Shown here one piece after another: positions 24,829-34,854 of a stretch of DNA of 64,000 nt. Within the stretch, counting starts at the first letter, position 1, and each line of letters starts with the position of its first letter. Source of the DNA: Chrysiogenales bacterium (lineage in GTDB: Bacteria > Acidobacteriota > Aminicenantia > UBA2199); the NCBI GenBank assembly GCA_963700535.1, contig CAVOXU010000001.1, positions 118,699-182,698 of the forward strand, read 5' to 3'. A model generated the notes under the pieces. It saw nothing but the letters and a program-made list of their open reading frames with translations. It did not search any database and was not told the origin of the DNA. The translations under genes were made by a program, and so were the position numbers.

Positions 24829-25699
24829 GCAGCACGGCGGCTTAACAACCAGGAAACCTGATTGGCTGAAAGTCTCGCCTGCCCGGCGGGGACGACTATT
24901 TCGCGCTTGAAAAACAAACTTGGAGAAAAAGGCCTGCAGACCATCTGCCAGAGCGCCAGGTGCCCGAACATCGCAGAATGCTGGAACCACGACCAGGCCA
25001 CGTTTCTGATCATGGGCGATGTCTGCACCCGCGACTGCCGTTCTGTTGCGGTGCCGACGGCGGACGCCCGTCGCTTTGGACGAAGGCGAAGGTCAAAAGC
25101 TATTGCAGACGGCCGAACTGATGGACCTGGGCTACGCGGTCATCACTTCGGTGACCCGCGACGACCTGCCGGACAAGGGCAGCGGCCATTTCGCCGGCGT
25201 GATCCGCACGCTCGAAACAGGACCGGCCGCGATTGAAGATCGAGGTGCTGATCCCCGATTTCGACGGCGAGCGTCCGTACATCTGGACCGGGTGCTGGAT
25301 GCCGGGCCCGACGTCCTGGCCCACAACGTGGAAACGGTGCCCTCGCCTGTATCCGGCGGTCAACCGCCGCAGCGACGCCTTTCGGGCATTCGCTGCAGGT
25401 CCTGGCGCACGGCAAAAAAAGAGGCTGGATCACCAAGACCGGGCTGATGGTCGGCCTGGGGGAGACGCAAACGGAGATCGAGCGAGCTGTTCCGCGTGCT
25501 GAAGGTGACCGGGGTCGATGTGCTGACCATCGGCCAGTACCTGCAGCCCGACACGCACAGCCTCCCGGTCGGCCGCTATTATTCTCCCGACGAATTCGCC
25601 GACTCTGAAGGAAAGGCCTTGGGCCATGGTTTTGCCGGCGTCGAATCCGGACCGTTCGTCCGGAGTTCCTACCATGCCGAACAACTTTGCAGACGGTGA
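24815..25699 (+). pseudogene. lipA: lipoyl synthase, fragmented by at least seven frame breaks
   Basis: Canonical LipA motifs appear in order but in alternating frames: [81 protein letters not shown]. Confidence 0.85.
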
Positions 25700-25702
25700 T
25701 CC

Positions 25703-26440
25703 ATGCGCTACCTAGTATTCAGTGACATTCACAGCAACATCGAGGCCTTTGAGAAGTTTCTGGGCCATAAAAAACTGAAAAATGTCGATAAAATCCTTTT
25801 TCTGGGCGACCTGGTCGGTTACGGCCCCGACCCCGACAAAGTGATCGGCCAGTTCCGGGAATTGCCCAATGTGCGGTCCGTGCGCGGCAATCACGACAAG
25901 GTCATCGCCGATCTGGAATCATCATCGCTGTTCAATCCGGCCGCTGCCTTTTCCGCCGAGTGGAGCAAATTGAAAATCGCACCGGCCAATTATCAGTTCC
26001 TGAAGCAAATGCCCAAGGGGCCGCAGATCATTGACCGCTTTATCACCATCTGCCACGGCTCCACTTTTGACGAGGATTACTATGTTTTTTCGCAGTTCGA
26101 AGCCACAGAATCGTTCAAATTCATGGAGACGTCGATCGGGTTTTTCGGGCATACTCATTTCCCCATCATTTATTACCTGCGCAACGAAAAACTCGACATC
26201 GTCCCCTTGACTGAAAATACCCGCATCAAACTCGATGCCAACACCCGCTATCTGATCAACCCCGGTTCCATCGGTCAGCCTCGCGACAAGAACCCGGCTT
26301 CAAGCTTTATCATTTTCGATTCGGGCAAAATGGAGATCAGTTTCATCCGCTTTACCTATGATGTGACCAATACCCAGAAAAAAATCAGGGAAGCCGGGCT
26401 GCCTGAACTTTTGGCCAGCCGCCTCGAAGCCGGAGTCTAA
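25703..26440 (+). CDS. metallophosphoesterase family protein
   Basis: Motifs SDIHSN, GDLVGYGPDP, GNHD and GHTH are present in canonical order. Confidence 0.8.
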   Translation: MRYLVFSDIHSNIEAFEKFLGHKKLKNVDKILFLGDLVGYGPDPDKVIGQFRELPNVRSVRGNHDKVIADLESSSLFNPAAAFSAEWSKLKIAPANYQFLKQMPKGPQIIDRFITICHGSTFDEDYYVFSQFEATESFKFMETSIGFFGHTHFPIIYYLRNEKLDIVPLTENTRIKLDANTRYLINPGSIGQPRDKNPASSFIIFDSGKMEISFIRFTYDVTNTQKKIREAGLPELLASRLEAGV

Positions 26441-26458
26441 CCAACAAGGAGGAATGCC

Positions 26459-27496
26459 ATGACAAACGATGAAATCAGGAATTTCGTTGAGAAAGTGATC
26501 AACGAAAAAATTCAAACGCTGCTGAACCGCATCGATACGTTTCAAAGCAATATGTTCAGGGACATAGAAAAACTCAAGGATCTCGACGAGTTGGTCAAAT
26601 TCAAGGTGCCCGAGGATTTTGCCGGACGCAATGGCGCCGGCGATAGCGGCAGCGAAATCACGATCTTGAACGAATATGTGAAAAAAATCGCCGCGGCATC
26701 CAACCAACTGCTCCTGATCGGCGGCATCATCGAAGGCATCAACCATTTTTGCGACCGGGCCGCCCTTTTTCTATTGCGCGACGACAAGCTGGTCGGTTGG
26801 AAAGGCAAGGGCTTTTCGGGCCAAGACGGCCAGATCAGCGATGAGGAATTGAAGAGAATATTCTTTTCGCTTTCGGCCAACACGGTTCTGAAAAGCGTGA
26901 TCGAGACCAAGAAAATGTACATGGGCGAACCCATACACAAGCCGGACGATTTCCTGATCTACAATCGTTTGGGCGGCGGCAAGCCCAAGAAAATCCTGGT
27001 TATGCCTTTTTTGGTCAAGGGCAAGCCGCAGGCTGTGATCTACGCCGATTCGCTGGCCGGTACCGTGATCCAGCACAAGGTCATCGAGATCCTGGCCACG
27101 GTAGGTGAACTCAGCCTGGATATGCTCCCTATCCGCCAGAAACTGCTGGCCAAGATCAAGACCCACGAGTTCGTGGAAGACACCGAGGTGGAAGCCAAAG
27201 TTTTCGACCATGCCGATGAATTTGAAAAAACTTCGGCTCCGGTCCGTGAAAATGATCCCGAGCGCTTTGCCAGGGTGATCATCAACGACATCATCCTTTA
27301 CAACAAGAAAGTCGTGGATGACGGCATCAAAAACAAGAACCTTTACGAGGTTTTGAAGGAAACCCTGCTGCAGGCCAAGGAGCTGTACATGCGCCGTTCC
27401 AGTGACCTGCAATATTTCGAAGAACAGATGGTCAACATCCTGGCCAAAGGAGACCGCAAGGCTTTGAAAGGCTATAATTTTGAAGTTTACAAATAA
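26459..27496 (+). CDS. conserved hypothetical protein, GAF-like middle region
   Basis: 345-aa intact ORF with GGAGG 6 nt upstream. It has a coiled N-terminus, a GAF-like middle and a C-terminal helical segment (PERFARVIINDIILYNKKVV...LYEVLKETLLQAKELY). No catalytic motifs recognised. Confidence 0.6.
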   Translation: MTNDEIRNFVEKVINEKIQTLLNRIDTFQSNMFRDIEKLKDLDELVKFKVPEDFAGRNGAGDSGSEITILNEYVKKIAAASNQLLLIGGIIEGINHFCDRAALFLLRDDKLVGWKGKGFSGQDGQISDEELKRIFFSLSANTVLKSVIETKKMYMGEPIHKPDDFLIYNRLGGGKPKKILVMPFLVKGKPQAVIYADSLAGTVIQHKVIEILATVGELSLDMLPIRQKLLAKIKTHEFVEDTEVEAKVFDHADEFEKTSAPVRENDPERFARVIINDIILYNKKVVDDGIKNKNLYEVLKETLLQAKELYMRRSSDLQYFEEQMVNILAKGDRKALKGYNFEVYK

Positions 27497-29485
27497 GTCC
27501 AGAAGCTATCCATTCACCATTTTTTTCTGTCTGGTCATTGTTTTTTCCTTCGCCGTCGCCTATGGCCTGACCTGGTTGATTCCGGATGCGATCCCCTTTG
27601 TTCAGGAACGGACAATCGACCGTCAGCAGTTGTTCAAAAATTACCGCATTTTGAAATCTTTTTTAAATGCTGACAAAGCCGATATTTCAGAAGAACCGGC
27701 AGCAGCCGATGCTGATCACCCCCTGCTGATCGCCACGGAGAACCTGAAACGGGCCCAACAGCTTTTCGCAGGAAAAAAAATACCAGGATAGCAGTCTCAT
27801 CCTTGCCGCTCTGCCGGGGCGTTTCCCCCACATCGCGGCCAAGCGCGACACACTGCTGCTGAGAAACCTGTATGCCGTAAAAAAATACCGTGAATTTATC
27901 GCATACTTCGATCTGCATCCGGCCGCCAGCCTGGAAATCAGAATCCTGAGGCTCGACTGCCTGTTGAAAAGCGGCCTCCGGGAAAGGGCGGAATCGGAAT
28001 TCAAAATCCTGTTTGCCCGGCAGCCGCTGCAACCATTTTTCCGGCGGCTGCCGCGGGCAGAAGTGCTGGCCCTGCTGAAACGCCTGAATGAAGCAGTACT
28101 GGTTTGCCAAGTTCTCATTCCTGTTGAACAGCCTTGACGGTGCTGAATTCAGGCGCGAATTGCCCTACAGCGGTTTTCAAGACCTGAACCGTCTTTTCCG
28201 GGCTGAATTCTCCTATCTGAACCGCAATTTTGGCCAGGTCCGCCAGTTGCTGCTGAAGCGCCTGCCGGAAAACTACCGGCCCTACGCCGAAAGCATACTG
28301 GTGAAGATCAAGGTCCGCGAAGATCCGGCCAGTGATATCGCTGCCCGGCTGCAAAACATCAATAAAAATACGACTGTTTATCCGAGGCTCATGTTCGACC
28401 TGGCGCAGATACTGGTGGGAAAAAGGGAGTACGCCAGGGCCCTGCCTTTTTACGAGCAGTATCTGCAGTTGAGCAGGGAGCGCGATGAGGATTACTGGAA
28501 AACCGTCTGGCTCCTGGCCTGGATCCATTACCGCCAGGACGACAAGGAAAAGGCGCTGTATTTTTTCAGGCAGGGGAGCGGCTCGCCATTCATGAGTTAT
28601 CGCATCGCTTCGCGCTACTGGCTGAACAAACTGGAGAACCGCAAGCAGGAGGAATTCGGCCGCTATCCGTTTTCCTATTACGCGGTCCGGGTGCTGCAGG
28701 ACAAAAACCTGTTCAAGAACCTGAACCATGCTTTTGTCGCCGCCATTGACGATCCTCCCGGCCCGTTTTTAATGGAGGTCATCGAGGCGCTGAAGATCCT
28801 GGTCAGGCATTCTCTCTGGGACGATTGCCTGGAAACCATCCATTGGGCCAAAAGCGATCCGCGGCTATCCGCCTCAGACCTCAACCTGCTGAAAATCATC
28901 GAGTCGCTGCTTTATTACCAGCAAAACCGGTTTTTCCTGGCTTTCAGCAAGTTCCGCAGCAATTTTCGCTTTTACGAAAGCGTGCACCTGCCCAATTTCC
29001 TGAGCGGCATCTTTTTTCCGCGCCAGTACGGGGACCTGATCTCGGCTTACAGCAAGAAACAGGAAGTGGATCCGGGGCTGGTACTGGCCCTGATCCGCGA
29101 AGAGTCGTTCTTCCGTTCCGATGTCCGTTCCCGGGCCAACGCCTACGGGCTGATGCAATTGCTGCACGGCACGGCGCGCGAGATCGCCAATGGCAGCGAC
29201 CTCAAGGTCAAGGCCAGGGACCTGTACGATCCGGAGATCAACATCCGCCTGGGCCTGCAATACCTGAAAACATTGCTGGACAGGTACGACGGCCGGCTTT
29301 ACCTGGCCCTGGCCGCCTACAATGCCGGCCCGCATCGCGTCGACCGCTGGCTGCTGGATTTTCCCGATGCCGGCGAGGAAGAATTCATCGAGATGATCCC
29401 GTTTTCCGAAACGCGCACCTACGTCAAGAACATCCTGCGCAATTATTTCTTCTACCGCTATTATTACAGCACCGACAAACCATAG
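27480..29485 (+). pseudogene. Slt70-like soluble lytic murein transglycosylase, two frame breaks (27773-27780 and ~28088-28100)
   Basis: Signal-anchor ORF 27480..27791, an unlisted middle frame (YQDSSLILAALPG...LLKRLNE) and ORF 28088..29485 join up. SLT catalytic region REESFFRSDVRSRANAYGLMQL...AAYNAGP. Confidence 0.8.
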
Positions 29486-29514
29486 CTGGAACATTTGAAT
29501 CATTCCATTCAATT

Positions 29515-29543
29515 TGACCTAAAATTGCCCAAATGTTAAAATG
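29515..29543 (+). promoter_or_regulatory. sigma70-like promoter candidate for ddl (TTGACC-17-TAAAAT)
   Basis: Hexamers at 29515-29520 and 29538-29543 with a 17-nt spacer. Confidence 0.5.
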
Positions 29544-29633
29544 ATTTTTATGTGCAGTGTGACCTCGGTATTAAATTATGGCCGGAAAATGATTAATGCC
29601 GATAACAATGGTAAAAAGGTTGCAGGTACTATT

Positions 29634-30686
29634 ATGAAAAAGGTTAAGGTCGGATTGATCTTCGGCGGCAGGTCGGCCGAGCACAGCGTGTCGCTCATGT
29701 CGGCGGCGGCCATTTACCAGCACCTGGACAAGGAGCGCTACGAACCGTTCCTGATCTATATCAACAGGGCGGGGGAGTGGTGCCTGACCGGGAATACGAG
29801 TTTCAAGGAAGAAGAGCTGAAGAAAGAAAAATTCCATTCCTTCATGCCCTGGAGCGCCGAGTGGACCGGTGACCTGGACGCCGACATCTATTTCCCGGTG
29901 CTGCACGGCCCCAACGGCGAGGACGGCCGCATCCAGGGCCTGTTCGAACTGGCCGGCAAGCCCTTTGTCGGCGCCGACAGCTTCGCCTCGCAGCTGGCCA
30001 TGGACAAGATCGCTGCCAAGATGCTGTTTGCCCAGGCCGGGCTGGAACAGGCCCCCTATCTGTATTTCACCGAAAACAACCATGAACAGATCGGGGAACT
30101 GGTGCGCAAAAAACTCAGTTTCCCGGTTTTCGTCAAGCCCTGCTCCCTGGGGTCGTCGGTGGGCATCAGCAAGGCCAAGGATGAAGCGGAACTGCTGGCC
30201 GCCGTGGACTTTGCCTTCAGTTACGACAACAAGATCATCATCGAAAAGGCCATCGAAATGCGCGAAATAGAGGTCTCGGTCATGGGCAATGACGAGATCA
30301 TGGTCTCCAGCCCGGGCGAACTGCTGCCTTCCAAGGAATTCTACGACTACGCAGACAAGTACCTTGACGGCAAGACCCAGTTCCGCATCCCGGTGAACCT
30401 GGGCGACGAACTCGAAGCCAGGGTAAAAAAGACGGCCCACAAGGCCTATCGCAGCCTGTTTCTGAACGGCTACGCCCGCGTCGACCTGTTTCTGGAAAAG
30501 CAAAGCAACGAGGTCCTGATCAACGAGGTCAACACCATCCCCGGATTTACCGCCATCAGCATGTTCCCCAAACTGTGGCAGGCGCAGGGCATTTCCTTCA
30601 CGGAGCTGCTCGAACGCCTGATCGCCTACGGCTTTGACCATTTCAAGCAACGCAAGGAAAACGTCGATGAAGGTCTTGGCCGTTGA
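29634..30686 (+). CDS. ddl: D-alanine--D-alanine ligase
   Basis: ATG at 29634 gives MKKVKVGLIFGGRSAEHSVS. ATP-grasp fold motifs, EVNTIPGFT. Confidence 0.92.
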   Translation: MKKVKVGLIFGGRSAEHSVSLMSAAAIYQHLDKERYEPFLIYINRAGEWCLTGNTSFKEEELKKEKFHSFMPWSAEWTGDLDADIYFPVLHGPNGEDGRIQGLFELAGKPFVGADSFASQLAMDKIAAKMLFAQAGLEQAPYLYFTENNHEQIGELVRKKLSFPVFVKPCSLGSSVGISKAKDEAELLAAVDFAFSYDNKIIIEKAIEMREIEVSVMGNDEIMVSSPGELLPSKEFYDYADKYLDGKTQFRIPVNLGDELEARVKKTAHKAYRSLFLNGYARVDLFLEKQSNEVLINEVNTIPGFTAISMFPKLWQAQGISFTELLERLIAYGFDHFKQRKENVDEGLGR

Positions 30687-31074
30687 CTACGGCAGCAAGC
30701 GCATCGGCCTGGCCGTGGGCAATTCCATGACCCGCGTGGCCACCCCGCTGGGGCAGTTCGCCATCACTGATATTCAGGAGGCCCTGGCCCAGATAATGAA
30801 GCGGGTAGGGGAGTTCGAGGTCGGCCATATCGTGGTCGGCTATCCGCTGCACGCCGACGGCAGCCCCAGCAGCACCTGCGGCCAGGTTGACCGCTTTGTA
30901 AATTTTCTGCGCAAACATATCACTGTGCCCATAACCCTGGTCGATGAGAAATTAAGCAGTGTCGCTGCCGAAGAAATGAGCAAGGATATCCCCGGCGATT
31001 TCCGCAAGCGCAAAACGTTCCTGGACGCGCTGGCCGCCCAGGTGATCCTGCAAAAATATTTCGAGCATTCATGA
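30667..31074 (+). CDS. ruvX: Holliday-junction-resolvase-like nuclease RuvX/YqgF
   Basis: MKVLAVDYGSKRIGLAV N-terminus, ~135 aa. Overlaps the ddl end. Confidence 0.85.
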   Translation: MKVLAVDYGSKRIGLAVGNSMTRVATPLGQFAITDIQEALAQIMKRVGEFEVGHIVVGYPLHADGSPSSTCGQVDRFVNFLRKHITVPITLVDEKLSSVAAEEMSKDIPGDFRKRKTFLDALAAQVILQKYFEHS

Positions 31075-32094
31075 AAAAAATCGTCCTGTTTCTGTTTTTG
31101 CTGATTTTGATCGTGCTGGCCTGGTTTGGATACAATATCCAGCGCAATGTCTACGTGCCATTCCAGGGCTACGCCCGGCGCGCCGTGGTGCAGATCGACA
31201 GCGGCATGAGCGTGGCGGCAATCGCCGCGAGACTGCAGCGCCAGGGAGTCATTTCCCGCGCTTCCTATTTCAGGCGCTATTACCGCATGTTCTTCGCAGA
31301 TAAAAAGCTGAAAGCCGGCGAATACCTTTTTGACGGACCGCTCACCATGCGCCAGGTCATCGAAAAACTTTTCCAGGGCAAGGCGCTGTTGTACAAAGTG
31401 ACGGTAAAGGAAGGACTGTGGATCAGAGGAAACCGCCCGGATTTTTGAAGAGGCCGGCCTGTTTCCGGCCGCGGAATTTGCCGATGCCGCCCGCAACAGC
31501 AAGCTTATCCGCGATCTTGACCCGGATGCCGCGGACCTGGAAGGTTATCTTTTCCCCGACACCTACCTGGTGCGCCGCGACTTCACGGCCCGGGAAATGG
31601 CTGCCTTGATGGTAGACCACTTCCGGCGCAACTTCACCAACAGGTTCGTCTGGCGGGCCCGCGACATCGGTTTTACCCCGCGCCAGGCGGTGATCCTGGC
31701 CTCACTGATCGAAAAAGAGACCGCCAACCGCGATGAACGCTTCCTGGTCTCTTCGGTTTTTCATAATCGCTTGAAGAAGAACATGCTGCTGGACTGTGAT
31801 TCCACTATTGTCTATGCCCTGAAGAAAAACGGCCGCTACCGGGGAACACTGGGCTGGGACGACCTGAAATTCGCTTCCCCATTCAATACCCGCCTGCACC
31901 GGGGCCTGCCGCCGGCTCCCATCGCCAATCCCGGCTACGCTTCGCTGGAGGCGGCCCTGTATCCCGAAAACAGCGAATACCTGTATTTCGTGGCCAAGGA
32001 CGCCGGCAGCCACTATTTTTCCAGGACCCTGGCCGAACACAACCGGGCCGTCCGAAAATATATCATCCAGCGCATGGACGGCAGCCTTGATTGA
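31071..32094 (+). pseudogene. mltG: endolytic murein transglycosylase MltG (YceG-like), frame break near 31415-31430
   Basis: ORF 31071..31448 has the TM anchor and LysM-like region. The rest continues in the frame of ORF 31570..32094 (EETARIFEEAGLF..., GYLFPDTY, NTRLHRGLPPAPIANPG). Confidence 0.85.
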
Positions 32095-32783
32095 GCTGAG
32101 CGAGCGGGTTTTCGAGGGCCGCGGCCTCACTGTTTTTGAAAATGAGCGCCTGCTTCTCGGTTATACGGAAATGGGATTCACCTCAACCGCCCTGCAGCGT
32201 TTTCTGGCGGGGAAACCGCTCCTCTTCTTAAAACAGGTGCATTCCGACATTATCATCAACCAGGCGCGATTGGCGGCCGACAGCCGCTGGCGACGGGCTT
32301 ATCCTGCAGCGGCCCGGAGCGGCTGCCGTGATCCAGACCGCCGATTGCCTGCCCCTGTTCTTCTTCGACCGTGACCAAAGCCGCGGCGGCGTCATTCATG
32401 TCGGCTGGCGCGGACTGCAGCAGGGCATCGAAACAAAGCTTATCTCGCTGCTGGGCAGAGATCGCGGTAAATACGATTTCTATCTGGGCCCGGCCATTGA
32501 AAGGAAATGTTACGAAGTGGGTGAGGAATTGCCGGTGCTGTTCCGGGGCAAGACCTATGCCGACAGGATATTTACGGCGCTGGGCGGCGGCAAGTACTCC
32601 ATGGACCTCAAGTATGGACTGATCCTTTCCCTGGATGAGGCCGGGATCCGCCCTGAACGCATCCACGACAGCGGGCTGTGCACGTATTGCTCCAATGGAC
32701 GTTTCCCTTCTTACCGCCGCGACGGCAAAACCGGCATGCGCATTTTTAATTTCATCATGTTGAAGCACAGCGCTCCAGGCTAG
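32087..32783 (+). pseudogene. pgeF: YfiH/PgeF-family (Cu-oxidase_4) protein, frame break near 32285-32292
   Basis: KQVHSD in ORF 32087..32374. DGLILQRPGAAAVIQTADCLPLFF, HVGWRG and CTYC are in the frame of ORF 32328..32783. Confidence 0.8.
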
Positions 32784-33009
32784 ACTAAAACTTATCAGGC
32801 AGTGAATTTTATTCTGCATGGCTGCCGCCTTGGCTGTATCAACGGCAGTTGGCCTGTTTTTCCTATCTATACGGCCTCTCAGGCAGCCAAATTGGTCAGA
32901 TCGACAATATATCCATTACGAGTGGAGATCGAGCCCCACAAGAGCTCTGATGCAAGATTAAAGTTCAGAAAGCAATTTGTCAAAAAGAATATCCTGCGCA
33001 CAGCAGGAG

Positions 33010-33029
33010 GGGTTTGATTAATCAAACCC
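33010..33029. promoter_or_regulatory. perfect 20-bp palindrome GGGTTTGATTAATCAAACCC downstream of parB
   Basis: Self-complementary by direct reading. It lies in a 377-bp AT-rich non-coding spacer. Function unknown (protein-binding site or hairpin). Confidence 0.35.
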
Positions 33030-33160
33030 TTACAAAATGAGAACTTAAGTACTTGAAAACACTGCAACAGCGTATGTTCCAGAAAATTGTCAGGTTTAAT
33101 CATTAATATTACGTCGGATAAGATAGATTATGTAAACCAATAACTATTTTTTTAAATAAA

Positions 33161-33988
33161 TCAGCCCAAATCCTTGATTTTGTTTTCTTTTATGTCCTGA
33201 ATCAGCTTTTCCAGAACGGCAATGACCTTGTCCCTTTCAACCTTTTCCTGCTTGAAATGAAAATTGATTTTGACCTTTTTATCTTCTGAAATGAAATTGA
33301 AATAGAAGTTTTTGGGAGTTTCCTTTTTTCTTTGCTCCTTGATCTTTTCGCGGGAAAATGGTTTCTGTCCGTATTGGAGCAATATCGCTTCCATTTTTTC
33401 CAGGTCTTCCACCTTGGTGAGTTCCAGAAGGAATGTTTTGGAATCAATGCCCAGCTCGAGACATTTTTGCTTTATTTCCTCAGGCAGATCGGTGATGCGG
33501 ACCAGCTCTGTTACCGTTACCCGTGATTTTCCTATTTTTTTTGCCACTTCATCATGCGTGTAGCCATAGATCTCGGCCAATGAATGGATGGACTGGGCTT
33601 GCTCGAACACGTTGAGATCTTTGCGCTGAATGTTTTCGATGATCGACATTTCCAGGGCTTCATTATCCGGAACATCATGTTCAATGCAGGGAATTTCGTG
33701 CATTCCGGCCTCTCTGGCTGCACGGAAACGCCTCTCACCGGCTATTATCTCGAAGTTCCCGTCTTTTGGCCTGACAATGACCGGTTCAATAATCCCGTTT
33801 TCCCTGATTGAATCGGTCAACTCGGCAAGATCACCCATGTCGCGGCGCGGCTGCATTTGATTGGCGACGATCTTTTCAATGGGAATATTCCTGATGACCG
33901 GTGTTTTTGTTCGCAGCGAAATTTCATCGACCAGATGGTGGTCATGCTTCATTTTAATGAATTCCGGCAAACCTACTTTTTTAGGCAT
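33161..33988 (-). CDS. parB: chromosome-partitioning protein ParB/Spo0J
   Basis: ParB N-domain IIAGERRFRAAREAG and HTH KIGKSRVTVTELVRI. 8-nt overlap with parA. Confidence 0.9.
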   Translation of the reverse strand: MPKKVGLPEFIKMKHDHHLVDEISLRTKTPVIRNIPIEKIVANQMQPRRDMGDLAELTDSIRENGIIEPVIVRPKDGNFEIIAGERRFRAAREAGMHEIPCIEHDVPDNEALEMSIIENIQRKDLNVFEQAQSIHSLAEIYGYTHDEVAKKIGKSRVTVTELVRITDLPEEIKQKCLELGIDSKTFLLELTKVEDLEKMEAILLQYGQKPFSREKIKEQRKKETPKNFYFNFISEDKKVKINFHFKQEKVERDKVIAVLEKLIQDIKENKIKDLG

Positions 33989-34736
33989 TTTTGATGACTT
34001 CCTTAGCCAGCTCCTGATATTCTATCGCTCCCCTTGAATTTGGGGCAAACGTGAATATCGATTCTTTGTAAGCAGGGCTCTCCTCGAGGCGGACATTTTT
34101 TGAAATGATGGTTTTAAACACCCGATCGCCGAACACTTTACGAATATGGGCTTCACTGTCCTTGGCGATCACGATGCGCTTGTCATACAGCGTGATGAGC
34201 ACTCCCAGCAAACCCAGGTCAGGATTGCTGCGCGCCCTTACTTTTTCAAAGGTTTCCAGCAGATCATCGGTGCCTTCAAGGGCAAAATATGAAGATTGAA
34301 TGGGAATAATCAAATGGGTAGCCGCGACAAAAGCGTTGATGGTGATCAAGCCGAGCGTTGGCGGTGTATCGATGATTATAAAATCAAACTTGTATTTAAA
34401 TGTATCCAGTTTGTCCTTCAAACGGAAATGGCCGTCGATCTCCCCTACCAGCTTGGATTCCAGTTTTGCCAGTGCGATCGAGGCCGGCAGCAGGGTCAAA
34501 TTGATTATGCTTGTTTGCAGCGCGACTTCTTCGAAGGTCAACTCCGGATTTTCCAGCAGGTCGAACACTGAGTTTTTCTGCTCGCTGCGATCCACAAAAG
34601 TAACCGTGGAATTGGCCTGTGGATCCATGTCAATAAGAAGTGTCTTATAGCCCATCAACGCAAAAGCCGCTGCCAGATTGATCGATGAGGTGGTTTTGCC
34701 CACGCCCCCTTTTTGATTGGCGATGGTGATGATCAC
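33981..34736 (-). CDS. parA: chromosome-partitioning ATPase ParA/Soj
   Basis: Deviant Walker A NQKGGVGKTT. I place the start at GTG 34736 (AAGGAG 5 nt upstream), not at the ORF-track start 34844. Confidence 0.88.
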   Translation of the reverse strand: MIITIANQKGGVGKTTSSINLAAAFALMGYKTLLIDMDPQANSTVTFVDRSEQKNSVFDLLENPELTFEEVALQTSIINLTLLPASIALAKLESKLVGEIDGHFRLKDKLDTFKYKFDFIIIDTPPTLGLITINAFVAATHLIIPIQSSYFALEGTDDLLETFEKVRARSNPDLGLLGVLITLYDKRIVIAKDSEAHIRKVFGDRVFKTIISKNVRLEESPAYKESIFTFAPNSRGAIEYQELAKEVIKNA

Positions 34737-34760
34737 GTTTTCTCCTTGATTGGACAGGTC

Positions 34761-34789
34761 ATGATAAATGATTGACAATTGAATGTCAA
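34761..34789 (-). promoter_or_regulatory. sigma70-like promoter candidate for parAB (TTGACA-17-TATCAT)
   Basis: On the minus strand the -35 is at 34789-34784 and the -10 at 34766-34761, with a 17-nt spacer, ~25 nt upstream of the GTG start. Confidence 0.55.
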
Positions 34790-34790
34790 T
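34771..34790. promoter_or_regulatory. inverted repeat ATTGACA-N6-TGTCAAT overlapping the parAB -35 (operator candidate)
   Basis: 7-bp perfect arms at 34771-34777 and 34784-34790. Confidence 0.4.
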
Positions 34791-34816
34791 AGAAAAAATG
34801 AGTGTTATGGCTCGCA

Positions 34817-34834
34817 ATGTCGACATGTCGACAT
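34817..34834. promoter_or_regulatory. perfect 18-bp palindrome ATGTCGACATGTCGACAT upstream of the parAB promoter
   Basis: Self-complementary by direct reading. Also a tandem ATGTCGAC x2. Confidence 0.35.
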
Positions 34835-34854
34835 CGGAAATCAAGACGATATCA

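Noticed and set aside
19400-25700. Programmed ribosomal frameshifting or an alternative genetic code as the explanation for the broken genes.
   Set aside because: The interruptions are frame changes, not in-frame stop codons, so stop-codon reassignment explains nothing. There are far too many, in unrelated genes, with both +1 and -1 directions and compensating pairs. I saw no shared slippery heptamer or downstream structure.
32802-33103. ORFs 32802..33017 (+, 71 aa) and 32879..33103 (-, 74 aa) in the spacer downstream of parB, and ORF 34802..35041 (+, 79 aa) upstream of parA.
   Set aside because: They have no SD and non-ATG or poorly placed starts, and they overlap each other or the palindromes and promoter. 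The 34802 ORF's VLVLVIVLV stretch is just the hexamer repeat translated. I treat them as chance ORFs in AT-rich DNA.
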